Positions 46,862 to 60,841 of a DNA stretch of 64,000 nt are shown one piece after another. The stretch covers positions 434,001-498,000 of the forward strand of contig JAAOMT010000441.1 of NCBI GenBank assembly GCA_016748015.1, written 5' to 3'. Source of the stretch: Geosiphon pyriformis uo1 (taxonomy: Eukaryota > Fungi > Glomeromycota). The notes under the pieces were generated by a model. It was not told the DNA's origin and did not search any database. It worked only from the letters and a program-made list of their open reading frames with translations. Within the stretch, counting starts at the first letter, position 1, and every line of letters begins with the position of its first letter. The position numbers and the translations under genes were made by a program.

Positions 46862-48214
46862 TTATACGGCTAAGCCAAATACATTCACTACAACATCCAT
46901 GTTTTTCAAATCGGGATTATGGTATTTGGCGTAACCTGAAATAAATTATAGTTTTTATAAAAAGAGATAAAGGCAAAGATGACCCATAAATGAAAGAATT
47001 TCTTTTCACTTACCATCACATCGAGCATCCCAAAAACAAAAACTCGTTGAATGAAGACCAGCGTCAGTTTTTTGAACTATTGTACAAGTAACTTTTATAG
47101 ACGAGAAATCAAGAATGGTTTGTCAAAGTTAGATCTAAAAAATCTAAAAATCGTACTCCAAATGACATGATAAGAGCCTTTAGAATTCATAAAAAATTGG
47201 CCAAATTGATATTTATCATAATACGTACCAATGTATTTGAAATCTTTGTTCAGACCACACAAACGTTTCACACAAGTGCTCACAATAGCGGTATTCCATG
47301 TAGAAACTCGCGTGTGTAAATAGGCAGAATCCTGTATAATGCTCTCAGTAACCTGTTTTGTTCCATTATAAAATTGTAGATTCAATTTATTTTAGGTTTA
47401 TTTAACAAAGTTTAAGATATAAGATAATCATGATTAAGAGAATAAATAATCAAGATTGAAATTTTCAGACCCTCTTAAAATGAATCTCCATGTATTTATG
47501 AGCTCTTCCCATAAATCTTGAAGTCCAGCCTTATTTATATGGGCATTAACCTACTTCTTTGATGACTTCCAGAACCTCATCCACATCAAAAATCTTTTTT
47601 GGATTGCGGGGGAAATCATCATAGGAAGGACGAGCAGAGTGTCCAGGTGTGAACGGTCTGCTAATACTATACTGTGATCCGGAACTTGGTCGAGTTTTGT
47701 ATCCAGTCTCTTCAGTGGAGGGATCCAGAGGCCTTTCTGCTGAATTATTCTCTCTTAAGACGGCTTCAACAGCATCATCCAATTTTTTATTCTCCGATAG
47801 TGGATTATCCGAAGGCTCATTTGTTGGGAAATATTCTAAAGGCCCGTTCAAGGTATATTGTTTTCCAACAGTGAAAGCGGCGGGAAAATTAGGAGTTGAT
47901 TCAGTACTCGGCTCGACGCTCTCAGGTTCCTAGTTGGGCGATCCCCATTTTGAGAAAAAGACTCCATCAAAATCAGTAAGGTATTTATAAGATGAAATAG
48001 CCAAGAAAAAACCCAAAGGAAAGTTTAAAGGAAAAAGTGCCTTTCAGGGCGAGTTTAAATCTAATCACAAGAGTTCTTCGAAGTGAACTAGAACCACTGT
48101 ATTAAATAGCTTTAATAAAATATAAAATAGAAGGCTTCAAAACCTCTCAAATACTTTATATGAGTTGCAATCAAGGGAATTTATACATACCTCAACAAAT
48201 TGCGTTTGGGACAT
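46862..48214 (-). CDS. Tctex-1 family dynein light chain with N-terminal extension, 5 exons
   Basis: FDVDEVLEVIKE-VTESII...WNTAIVSTCVKRLCGLNKDFKYI-VTCTIVQKTDAGLHSTSFCFWDARCDG...VVVNVFGLAV*. First exon MSQTQFVE with a GTATGT donor. Confidence 0.88.
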
Positions 48215-51200
48215 GTTTTAATTCCCTTGACACCACGATAGAATGTGTGTGTCGATCAAGATAATCTTGAATTTATATAATTTCAATTCTATATATTACA
48301 GAAACCTTGTATAATTTTTCATGGGCTTAAAATAAAAATAAGAATATCTCAAAATTTTCAAATAATCATAATTTTGTTAAGGTCTTTTGAAGCTAATAAT
48401 TTTTTTTTTTAAAATATTATCTGTTTATTAATAAATTGTGTAAATTTGTGAATTGTTTAATAATCATTTTTTCGTTTGAAAATATTTATTTGTCATTTTA
48501 AAAGCATATGGATTGTAAATATTGTAAAATTGTAACAAATATAGGTATATGTTACATTGTATAAATATTATTAAATTTTGTATTTAATGTTTTTTGATAA
48601 TAATATTTAATCTAATTCTAAATAATATTAATGTAAATTCTATTTTAATACAGTTGTAAACAATTTCTAATAAACTGTTAAAAATAAAAATAAAAAATAA
48701 ATAAAATCAAGATCATACTTTTAATTAAAATTGTAAATAAATTTTTTGTTTTTAAAATTTTTTAAAATGTAAAAATATTGTTATTCTAATAATATATTTT
48801 ATAACATAAATTGTAATTAAAATAAAATATATATACAAAAAAATGTTTTAATTAATTATAATTAATAAATAAAAATCATATAAAATATTTTCAAAATATA
48901 ATAATAATAATAATATAATATAATTAATAATACCAATTTTTAATAAAAATAATTATATTAATGTAATTTATAATAATATTATTATTAATTTTTGTTGTTA
49001 TTATTATTATTGGTATTATTTTATTTGTAATTTTAATTATATTAAAATTTATATTTTAAATTTAATATTTTTATGGTTTATTAAAATTATAATTTATTAT
49101 ATTATAATAATAAAATATAATTATATATATATTTCTATTTAAAAATTAAATTAAATTAAATTAACAACAATTAAATAAATTAAATTATACAATAATAAAC
49201 AACAATTAAATAAATTAAATTATACAATAATAAACAATATTACTATTATTAATTAACATAATCTATTATTTAACTAGTATTTTAAAAAATAATTTATTTA
49301 AAAAAATCTCAAAAAAAAATTTAAAATATTTATTTAGCTATATGTTTTAAATACTTATTAATTTTATTTTATATTATTATTATTATTATTAACTTTAATT
49401 ATATATATATTTTATAATAAAAACTATTATTATTCGAATAGAAAAGCCAATTCAAAAGCTATTAAAAAAATGTAATTAAAACATAATAACATAAAAAAAA
49501 CATGATAATACAAAATAACACAAAATAATATATAATAATTTAAGATAATATAAGATAATATACAATAACATAAAATAATACAGAATAACTAGCCATAATA
49601 TAGAATAACTAATTATAGTATAAAAAAACAAAGCAACAACAAAAATAGTAAGTAATAATTAGTAATAACAAATAATTAAAAATATTCTTATAAAATTAAA
49701 AAATATATATAAAAATAAATAGTTTTAATAAATAAAAAACCATTTTCTTAAAAATATATTTTAGCTTTAAAACTTGATAAATCTCTTTTATATTATTTTT
49801 TTTATATTTTTATATTTATAATTAAATAAAAATATTGTTAATCTACTTGTATATAATTTCAGAATTTGTGTTGTTAAAGTTAAATTAATTATGTTTTTTA
49901 TTCTTGTTTCAAATTAGATGTTCTTAATATAAATAGCTTTAAAACTTTAATAACTTAAACTAATTATTCTTAATTATAATAATTAATAATACTAATTTTT
50001 TTTTATTTTAATTTCAAATTTTTTATTCTTTTTTTTAGTAAAGTAGTAATATTAAGAAAATTAATTGTTTAAGAATAGATTTTATGATAATTTGGTAAAA
50101 AAAAGAAGCTTTTTCTAAGTTTGAATATTAATTTTATCTTGTTAACTTACCAGAAAAATAAAAAAACAATACTAAATTTTAGCAATTGTATTTAACTAAT
50201 TCAGAGAAGATAGCTTACATATATTTAATTATAAATAATTAAATTATATTTTTGTGTCTTATAACCAAAAAACTCTATAAGTAAATTCAGATATATTAAA
50301 AATCTTTAGATACTGATAATTTTGTTTTGTCTTTTATATTAAACAAAAAAAATTTTTTAAGTTTCTTTACTTAAATATAAAATACTAAATATTATTATTA
50401 TATCCTATTAAGTTTACTCATAATATTTAGTGCTTTTTGTAAAATTATAAAATTTACAAAGACAAACCATTTTAGAAATTCACAAAAATAGCAACTATTG
50501 AAACTATAAAAAAAGATCATTTATCATTCAAAAGAATATTATTTTAACACTTTAAAAAAAACTTGGAAATACCAACAGAAACTATTACTGCCAAAAGTAA
50601 TTTTTGTCATTATGTATATGTTAAAATCAACTATCTATTAGGCTAAACAACTAATATAAAAAAACTCAAAAAACAAATTCATTAACAATTATTAGCATAT
50701 TCAATTTCAACTACTATATAAATTATAACTGAAATCTTTGTCTTAATTGATAAAAAAACGAGATATATATCCAAAATTGGTACTCTCAATAGAAAAAAAA
50801 ACAAACATCAAAACTTAACTTCAAAAAATCTAAGTTTAAATCAAACAATAATACACAAATTACACAAAAAAAAACTTTATATACAGTTAATAAAAAATCA
50901 AAATTTTTTTTATTAACAATCTTTTTATATTATTAGACTTCAAAAAGCAAAATTTTGCTCAATTAATTTACCAAATCACAAACAAAAACTCTGAAAACTT
51001 CTAGAAATCTGTATTTTTAGGATTTTAACCAAAATTTTTGAACTAAATTTCTAAGAAATTACAGAGCTATATTTGAAAATTTTATTTTAGTACTCAATAA
51101 TTCAGTTAGAAACACTTCTTTTTAAACACAATTTTTAGCATTGTTTTTAACCAAATTAACAATTATCTTCTTAGAAACAGTATCTATATTACAAGTTATT

Positions 51201-52009
51201 ATTATTACCAACAAAAAAAAACAATTAGTATTAAGTTTAATAAAGTAATCAGACATATCTCTGTTAATATTCTTTTTGTTAACAATTAAACAAATCTCTA
51301 TTACTCAAATTATGGCTTACAGAAATATTGCTAAACTAAAAAAATTCTTTGGTAAAAAAAAAATACATATATTTAAATTGTAAAAGCCAAAAAAACAATT
51401 ACTGTTAACAATTGAGATAAAGCCAAAACAATATAAGCTTTACTCTTCTTTTTAATTAAAACTGCAGATTTATAATACCAAGTTTTAATAAAAAACCAAC
51501 TGATTTTGCTATCTTTAAACTCATCTTTTTATAGTATTTTTATAACTCAAATATATTTATTAGACTGCAAAATTAATTCAACATAATAAAACAAAAAGAT
51601 TATAAAACTATAATTATTTATTTTGAAAGATTTAATCAAATTTTCTACCAAATTCAGATAATTGAAAGAAATTATTACATCTTAAATCAAATTTTTAACT
51701 AATTTATTAAAAAACTAAGGAACAATATCTTTCAATCCATTAGACTTTAATATTCTAACAACTTACAAAAGACTATAATACTTGTTTGTAACTTTGAATT
51801 AGTAAAACAAAAAACCAACCATGTCTAAATCATTAACTTAATCATAAATAAAATTTCAAACATAGACACAAAGCTTACTTAATTAAATAAAAAATTAACT
51901 CAGAAAATTAAAAAATTCTTAACAAAAAATTATAGAACTTATTAGTTATTACAACAAAAAAACTTAAACAATAGATCTTAACAATAACAAAACTGTTAAC
52001 AATAGCAAT

Positions 52010-55000
52010 AAGATTTTAATGTTTGGTCTAGTTTGGTTTAAGTTCAATTAAACCACTGAATTAAACCAAATTTAAACTGAAGATTTGACAAAATTTTAAA
52101 CTTGAACTTAAAATTACTGAACTTAAACTGAATCTGAACACATACAATAAGTTTGGTTCAAGTTTGATTCGAAGTTCATAAATATGTTCAAGTTTAACTA
52201 TTAAAAACATTATATTATATTATATTGTATTATTATTTAATTTTTTTTTCAATAATTTCTGTATTTATAATTGAAAACACTGTGCTGCTTTTATAGTTTT
52301 AAGCACTAAGTGAAACTTTATATCTGTAATCATATTTTTACTTGCAAAAAAGACATGTTTAAAAGCAACAAATAATCTTTGGATTGCCAAATAATTACAA
52401 TTTATACATATAAGATAAAAAAATTATGTTTGATATGTCTAAATATTAAATTATTAATAAAATTTTAATTTAAATAAATATTTTTTATAATATATCTTCC
52501 ACTATGCTATTATATTTATTTCTTTATTGGCCATTTTTTCAGAAATATAATAATCAATTTTATCAAGTTTTTTTTCCTCATTATTGTTAAAATTTATTTT
52601 TAATATAAATTATATAACTTATACTATAATATTATTAAAATTGCCATTTAATAATAAACTGTTATTTAATGTTAGTATAATATCTAGTATGTATTTTGTT
52701 TTAAAAAATATATACATTCTAAAGATTTATTTATTATGTAAGAGTTGGAAATAAAACCATTTAAATAAATTAATAATTTATAATTTTTTTGTTTTATCAA
52801 TATTGTCATCCAAAAAATTTTTTTTGTGAAATAATAAAATTTTTTTTTTAAATTCAATGCAATGCAAAATATTACAGTTGTATTTGTTTTAAAGTAATAT
52901 TCAACTAATTTTTCTTTTATTGTTTTAGCTGTTATAACAAATAATAAATCTAATATTAAATGTGTTAAATAAATAAATAAATAAATACAATTAAGATTAT
53001 AATGTTTTATTAGATTTATTATTATCAACTGTGTTTTTGATGTAATTAAGAATGATATTAAAAATAATAATAATTAAAAAGACAGTATTATTTAAACTAG
53101 TTGACATTTTGATTATAATATTCTTAAATAGTTCAAGAAATTTAGCAATTTTATCAAAGACAGTTCACTAATTATGTAAAATAATATATTAATAAAGTTC
53201 AATATAAGTGTTAGTAAGGTATTTAATGCCTATAAATTTACAGTTAAAATTTTTGTATTTAAAATATATGGAATCAAAAATAAACAACTTGCTAATTTAA
53301 GAGATAATCTATTTCTGACTATGTCATAAGTAAAATTCTACCAGATAAAACAATTTAGAATAAATTTATGATATTTAATTTAACATACATTACAAATATG
53401 TTCAAGGAATTTAAAATATTAGAATAAGATATAGATTGCAGAGTTAAATTTTCTAATTTTTAATTTATACAAAGTTTACATTAGGAAAATTTCAAGTAAA
53501 TATATTTGGTTTGAATTTTTAACAAATATTTTAAAAACATTATTTTTTATTTCATCTAGAGCCACTACTATGTTTAGAATATAATTAGAGCATTAAAATT
53601 AAAGATCTTTTAAGCTCTATTAAATGTTTTTTTCTTCTAATTTTCTCACTAACTTTTTTAAAAAAGTACTATTATTTGTAGTATTATCAAGAGTAATAGC
53701 AAGAAACTATTAAAAAAAATTATATTATAATTAATAAAATTAATGATAAACTTATATAAAAAAAAAAAGTAAGTGTAATTTTTTCTTAATCTTTTTTTTA
53801 AAACTTTTTGACTGAAAATTCGACCTAAAACAATGATAAAAATTATTTAAGCTAATATTAAAAAAATGCAGTTTTTGATGATATGAACACTATGATAACT
53901 TTAAGTTTCAGATAATATTAATACCAAAAATTTAGTTCTGAAGCAATGATGAAAACCAATTTAAGTCAACATTGAAAAAATGTAATTTTTAATGATATGA
54001 ACATTATAATAACTTTGAGTCTTAAATAATACTAATATTAAAAATTCAGCTTTGGAGCAATGATAAAAACCAACTTAAATTAATATTGAAAAAATGTAAT
54101 TTCTGATGATATAGGCACTGTAATAACTTTGAATTTCAGATGATACTAATATGTTACATAGTATGCCAATCTTATTATTGGTTATTAACTAATTCAAATT
54201 TATATAAAAATATATGTATGTACTTTTAATATAATTTTATAATCTTTTAATACTTTTAAAAAATCTGTTTACAATGTTTATTCTATCATATTATTTACTT
54301 ATTAATTCAAAATTAATTATTGTTTATTAAAAGTCTCAATTGTCATTAATATAATAACCAGTAATAAAAACAAAGACTTTGTTATTGAAAAATGTTCAGA
54401 GATCTGATATAAAAAATTTTGGACTTGATAGTATCTAATTATACTTATTATATTATAAATATAAGTGAAAAAAAAGAGATATTTTATAATAAAAGCAGTG
54501 CTTACTTTTAATTCTTGTTTATCTAAAACATAGAGTTCTATAACTCTATTTTTAATTGTATTAGCACAAAAAAATTGAGAAATGAAATTCAAATATTGAA
54601 ATATTTTAATTAATTTAGGATTTTTTACTATAAAAAGTGGTTATTGACAATTAATAAGCCAAATAATAATTATGTTACAAAGTTTTTTATTATTAATATT
54701 AATAGCAGTTACTACAGAAAACTAAAACAGTTTTTTAATTAGATTGGTCAAAAATTATAAAAAAAAATAGCAATCTTACTTATCAAAATATATTTTTAAT
54801 TAACTTGCAATTTTTTTGGACATTTTGTTTTTTTTTATAATATTCTTCTATTATAATATATACTGTTTAGTGGAAAGTCTCTAAATAGTGCTATAAAGAT
54901 TTAATAGTGTTTATAGTTTTACAAAAAAATAGTTTATACACATATTTTGAAACTGTATATTTAGCTGTTTTTTTTTATTTACTTAAACTTATCAAAATAG

Positions 55001-55442
55001 TTTTATATTTTATTCTAAAAACTACATCTACCAAATATATTAATATTTAGATTATTTGGATTATTAAATTTTGTTTTTAAAATTTTAAATCTTTAATAAT
55101 ATTGAATGATATCAACAATAAATTTATTTTGGTAAGTTGAAGAGTAAAGTTGTTATATATGCATAGTTTTATATACTTTTTTAACTGATTATAATAATTA
55201 AACAAAGTAATAATTAATAAATAAATAATATAAATTATATTTTTTTTAATTCCATTAAACTTAAACAAGTTTGTAAACTTTGAACCAAACTTAAGCCAAA
55301 CTTAAACTTGTCAAAAAAGTTTAATACCAAACTTAAACTAAACTTACTTTGAAAAATTAGTTTAATTCAAGTTTGGTTTATAATTTTAACTGAACTTAAA
55401 CAACACCCAAAGTTTGGTTTGGTTTAATTTAATTAAAATTTT
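52010..55442 (-). mobile_element. hAT DNA transposon relic
   Basis: Minus-strand remnants: ITG.YINDN, FLAITLDNTTNN, KIAKFLELFK.I, IKEKLVEYY, and the dimerisation motif NYLAIQ...VAF..VF. Short TIR AAGATTTTAAT / ATTAAAATTTT, subterminal GTTTGG/CCAAAC-type repeats at both ends, degenerate TSD AATAGCAAT / AATAACAGT. Confidence 0.75.
53830..54150. repeat. 114-bp tandem repeat, about 3 units, inside the hAT relic
   Basis: CAATGAT(A/G)AAAA recurs at ~53831, 53944 and 54058 with colinear units. Confidence 0.8.
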
Positions 55443-55609
55443 AATAACAGTCAAAATTAAAAAAATAAAAAATAAAACAATTTTGAACACCAATCTGAAA
55501 AATTATTTTACTAATCTCAAACATAGTACAACCAAAAAGAAAGTAAACCAACTTAATCTTAAACTTATTACAAAACAAAATAGTTTTATTTTAATTTACT
55601 AAAAAAAAA

Positions 55610-56790
55610 TCCTAATATTATTTTTACTTATTAATACTAATTAATAATTTAAAGCAGACATAACAGTATCTAACTTTTTGAAATGAACAACAACATATTG
55701 TCAAACACCAATAGACTTTAATATAACATAGATAATTTTACCAAACTTACTAAATACTGTTTTAATATTAGTAACAAATATATTCAAAAACATATTATAC
55801 AGTATAACAGGAGTAAAAAAAAAAATATTTTTAGAAACTACTAAAGACTTGGCAATTTTAAAAGTAACAAATAAATAGAACTTATAAACTCAATCAGAAA
55901 AGCAGTTTCTAAAAACTTTTAAAAAGCAAACCCCATACAGAAAAGCTTTATATTGTTTTTTACAACTAATTTTGTATTTAAAAAACCATGTATAAACTGA
56001 AAAACAGTTTTAATATAAGCCAATTTAATTTTAAAAGTAGTATTAAACACCAAAATAAAGACTATTTACTCAATAAATCTTTGATAACCAGTTATAGTTT
56101 TCCAAGTACTATTAGTGACAGCATTAAAAACCAGAGAAAATAATGATAAATTAGTTTTTATTTGGTCAATTCAGTTCTTAAAAACAAGTAATTCAATAAA
56201 AAACTATTGCTTTGCTTTTAAAATCGGCAAAAATTTGCTAAAAAACACCATATTTAACAATATAGCTAGTAATTAATCTTGGTTTATTTTATATAACATA
56301 TTAAATAATACAATAAAAATTTTATTTGAAATTTTATTTGAAATTACAAAAAAATTTAGTGTAACAATAGCAAAAGCAAACAACAATTCTTATTTTTTAA
56401 AATTCTTGGCTTTTTTGGCCATTTTTAAAAAAGTGGTAATAGTATTAAATATAGCAGCAATAATTAAAAAAACCAGTTTGTTAACTAGTTTACTATTAAA
56501 AACTTTTGGGCTTTTAGTAAAAATAAAGATAATATTAGAACTAATTCAAGTATGTCTCTTTGAAGGAATTTTGACTAATAAAAAACTAGCCAAAAATAAA
56601 AAAAAAATGCTTTAATAATCATTAAAAACAATTACAATTTAGAAAAAAAATCTTTAAGATGTTTTGCTTAGTAGTTTTTACAACAGAAAAAACTTTTTTA
56701 GTTAAAACTTTATCAAATATCTTAAAAAAGATATTAAGTGCAGTTTTTTATTTTTTGCTTTAGTTATAGTTATAAAATTAAGAAAATAAA
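55610..56790 (-). mobile_element. Decayed LINE ORF1 5' relic
   Basis: Minus-strand remnant NIKTVFSKFGKII.VILKSIGV*QYVVVHF resembles the ORF1 RRM of the younger LINEs. Homologous, in inverted orientation, to 57365-58500. Confidence 0.6.
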
Positions 56791-57364
56791 AAGTAATTTT
56801 ATTAATAAAAAATTATATAAATTACTACCTAATATAATATACTTTACTAATTATTATCTTTTTTTTCTTATTATTTAAATTAAATGTTTTTATACTAAAT
56901 TTAATGTTTTTTATATATATTTTTTATTTCAATCTATTTTATTTTTTTAATAGCATTTTTTATTTATAAAATAAAATTAAAAAAAATAAGAAAAAACAAT
57001 CAAAAAATAAATATTAGAAGTAATAAATAAGAATAAAATCAATTTAATATATTCTAACTCTTTTTTTAATTACTAATTTACATCTAGTATATAATATTTA
57101 TTCTTATATAAAAATCAATTTTGAAAAAATATTTGATAAATTATGTTCTTATTTTTTTATAGATTATTTTTATATATAAAAAATTGTTAATTAATCAATT
57201 AATTTTATAAAAAAATGTTTTTTGTAAGAAATTATTCTTTTATAGAAGGTTTTTTTTATACAAGTCTAACTGTAGTTTAAAATATTACATAATTTAATTA
57301 TTATATTTAATTATACTTATATATTATATAAATTAATTTATATTTTTAATTTGTTTAATAAAAG

Positions 57365-59400
57365 TATTTTTTTTTCTATTTTTATGATTATGATTAAAGT
57401 AAAAAGTAAAAAAGTTTCAAATATTACTTTTTTTATAGTAACTAATAAAGTTTTAACAAAAAAAAATCTTTTTATTATCAAAACAATTAAGCAAAATATT
57501 CTAACAATTTTTTTTTTAAATATTAATAATAAAAAGCTGTTTTTAATAATTTTTAAAGTATTTTTTTTATCATTGATTAATAGTTTTTCTTTAGTTAAAG
57601 TTTTTTTAAGAGACATATTTAAGTTAATCCCAATATTATTTTTATTTTCTTTAAAGATTTTAAAGTTTTTAACAACAAACTAATTAAAAAGTTAATCTTT
57701 TTTGTTTTTATTACTAATACTATTATTACTATTATTATCACTTTACAAATAACAAAAAAACCAAAAGTTAAAAAAACAGCAACAGTTACTTATATTGCTA
57801 TTATTATATCAATTTTTTTGTGATTTTAGATAAAATTTTAAATAAAGTTTTTCTAATAATAATTAGTTTTTTCTTAATATAAGCAACAATAATAATAGCA
57901 TATTTTTTAAAATATGTTAAGATTAATTACTAATTGTATTGTTAAATATGGTGTTTTTTACCAAATTATTGCTAATTTTGAAAACAAAACAACTTATTAG
58001 ATTATTTAATCTTAAAAATTGGATTGATTAAATAGAAACTAAATTAATTTTTGCTTTTTTGTTTTTTGATACTATTTTTAATAGTGTTTAAAAAACAATT
58101 TTTAATTATTAAAAGTTTTTTAAATAAATAATTTCTATTTTAATGTTTAGTTTTATTTTTAAGATTAAATTGGTTTTTTGTTTATTTTTTGTTTTATCTG
58201 TTACTTGGTTTTGTTAAGTTTAAATTAGTTTTTAAAAACAATATCAAATTGTGTTATGTGAATTTTGCTTTTAAGGCTTTTTTGGTTATTGTTATCAATA
58301 TTATTATTAATGATTTTTTTTATAACTATATTTAAGATGGTAAAATTTTCTGTAATAGCTTTTGGTTTCTTTTTTCTTATATTTTTTAATAATATTAAAA
58401 ATGCTTTTGGTATTTTTGATGTTATCTTTATTAAATTAAAATCTGCTAATTTGTGATAATATGCTGTTGTTAATTTAAAGACTTTTTTTTTGCTGTTATT
58501 ATTTTTAATAACTAATTTATATTAATAAAAAAACAGTATTTAAATTCTTTTTTTCTTAATTAAAGAGTGATTATTATTTTTAAAGACTTATTTAAAAAAC
58601 CAAATTGAATAATTGTTTTTTAGTTATGTTTTTGAAATCAATAATATGATTTTTTAGATTAATAGCCATATTTGCTTTATTTTTTATTCTTTTTATTCTT
58701 ATTATTATTATATTTTATTGTTATTATTTTTGAATCTTATAAAATATTAAAACTTATTGTAATAAAAACTAGGACTTTGTACAAATATTATATTTGGTAG
58801 GAAACTTTTAAGTATTATCACTATTATAAATATCAAAGTTTAAACTATTTATTTGCTAAATACAAAGTATTTTTTTTTTTTTTTTAAGTTGTCTTTCAAA
58901 CTTGTTGTTAGCTTTAAGTTTTTTATGTCTTTTTTTGTAAATAAAAAGTTTTATATTAAGACTTTTGCTTTTTTGGCTTTTTTTTTTGTTGTTTTTTTGG
59001 TTATTTTTGTTGTTAATCTTGTTGTTAAATTTAAATTGAATTTTTTGAAAACTCAAATCTTAAGCTTGGTTGTTATAATAAAATTTGTTATTAAGTCTAT
59101 TAGTTTTTTGGTTATTTTAATTACCAATTTTTTAAATAATAATACTAATAAGACTTTTTAGATAAAAAAAATCTGTTTTTTATAAAATATATATTTAATA
59201 ATTTTGTTAATTTTTTGATAAATGTTTCTAAGAACATTGTCTGTTTTAAGTCTAAAATTGATTTTAGTAAAATAAATTATAATAAAATATTAGCTATTAA
59301 ATTTTTTTTGAGTAAAAACATTATTAATATATATTATAGTTTTGTGGTATATGTTAAATTTTAATATTAAAAGTAATATTAAGTCAATTAAATTGTTTTT
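57365..59400 (+). mobile_element. Decayed LINE ORF1 relic
   Basis: MIKVKSKKV...NKVLTKK...KQNIL and NIKNAFGIFDVIFIKLKSANL**YAVV; aligns with the reverse complement of 55610-56790. Confidence 0.6.
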
Positions 59401-60841
59401 TAGTAAGTTTATTTTTAATTTTAGAAATTTAAAAGAATTAGTAAGCTAAATATACTTTTTGTTTTTTTTGTTTTAATATAATATTATTATAATTAACTTA
59501 AATAACTAATTATATGTAAAAAACATATAAGTTATACTTAATTTAAATTACTTAATTTGATGTATTATACTAAGTAATAGTTAAATTTTATTTATTAAAT
59601 ATAATAAAAAAAAATCAATTTATTAATTAAATAATAATATTTAAATAATAAGTAATAATTTAAAATAATAATTAAAAAGATAATTTTATATTAATTAATA
59701 ATTCAATTTTTTATTTATAGTATTAAATAATAACAATTAAGTTATTAAATTAATTTTAAACAATAGTTTAATAAACAATATTATTATAAAACAATTTATA
59801 AACCAATTAAATTGCCAAGTTAATTATATTATAAATGTTTATATTATTACTATTAATAGAATTTTTAAAATATTAATTGGCAAAATTGACAATATTTTTG
59901 AAATTAACAAAATTATTATATTTATTAAAATTATTTATAAAAATTATATAATATTATATATTTATTAGAAATAATTTGTTATTAAAAACCAAAATTATTT
60001 TTTATTAAACTATATATAAAAACTGCAAATTTAGTTTAATAAACAATATATATAAGTATTAAAATTTGTAATTATTTTTAAACAACAATTATATAAGACT
60101 AACTGCTTATTAAATTTAAAAAATTAAAAAAACAATTAATGTTTATATTAATTTATTATTATTATTACTAATTTAAAAAATAATTTATATTATTAAAACA
60201 TTTACTTTTAAATATATAATTTTAATTATGTTAATATTCAAAATTAAAATATAAAAAACATAAAAAAAAACTGTTTTTTATAAAAATATTATTATAAATA
60301 AATTCATTAAATTATGTTTTATAATTTAGTGTTAATAATTTTCAATATTATTTGAAAATTTTAATAAATTTAAAGATTTTTAACTTTGAGTTTTTTGTAT
60401 AAAAGACAAATATTCAATAATTTAATAGTTTTTAATACTTGATATTTTATTTTTTTAGCAAAATAGCCAATTTATTTTGGTGTTTTTTATTTTTTTAATA
60501 AATATTTAATTTTTAATAAATTAATTTTACATTTATGTTTTGTATTTTTTATCAAGCAATTCTTAATATTATAATTTTAGTGCTTATTTTTTCATTAATT
60601 AGTTTAATAAAAAAACACAACAAAAACAAAAAACAATAAAAATTAGTATTTTGTTAATAGTTATAATTAAAAAATATTGGTTTAATATAATAGAATTTGT
60701 TAAATTATGTTTTTGACATTTGTTGCTTTATAAAATAATATAAATTATTGATATAATTATCAATTCAGTTGTTAATTTAGTTGTTAATTAATAATTGATT
60801 TAATTTATTTATTTTAAATATATACTTATAAAAAAATTTTT

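Larger units (their letters stand above)
50140..55600 (+). mobile_element. Highly decayed Gypsy gag relic (related family), interrupted by hAT
   Basis: 51310-51990 translates, through stops, to MAY..IAKL.KF.G, ALLFFL..TAD, Y..RFNQI..QIQ.IE.NYY, QI.N.FI..L. These segments are colinear with the Gag capsid of copies 1 and 2. Borders approximate. Confidence 0.6.

Noticed and set aside
48300-60840. Short K/I/L/F/N-rich ORFs in the AT-rich zone as host genes
   Set aside because: Their composition follows from extreme AT content; where interpretable they are TE ghosts (Gypsy, hAT, LINE).
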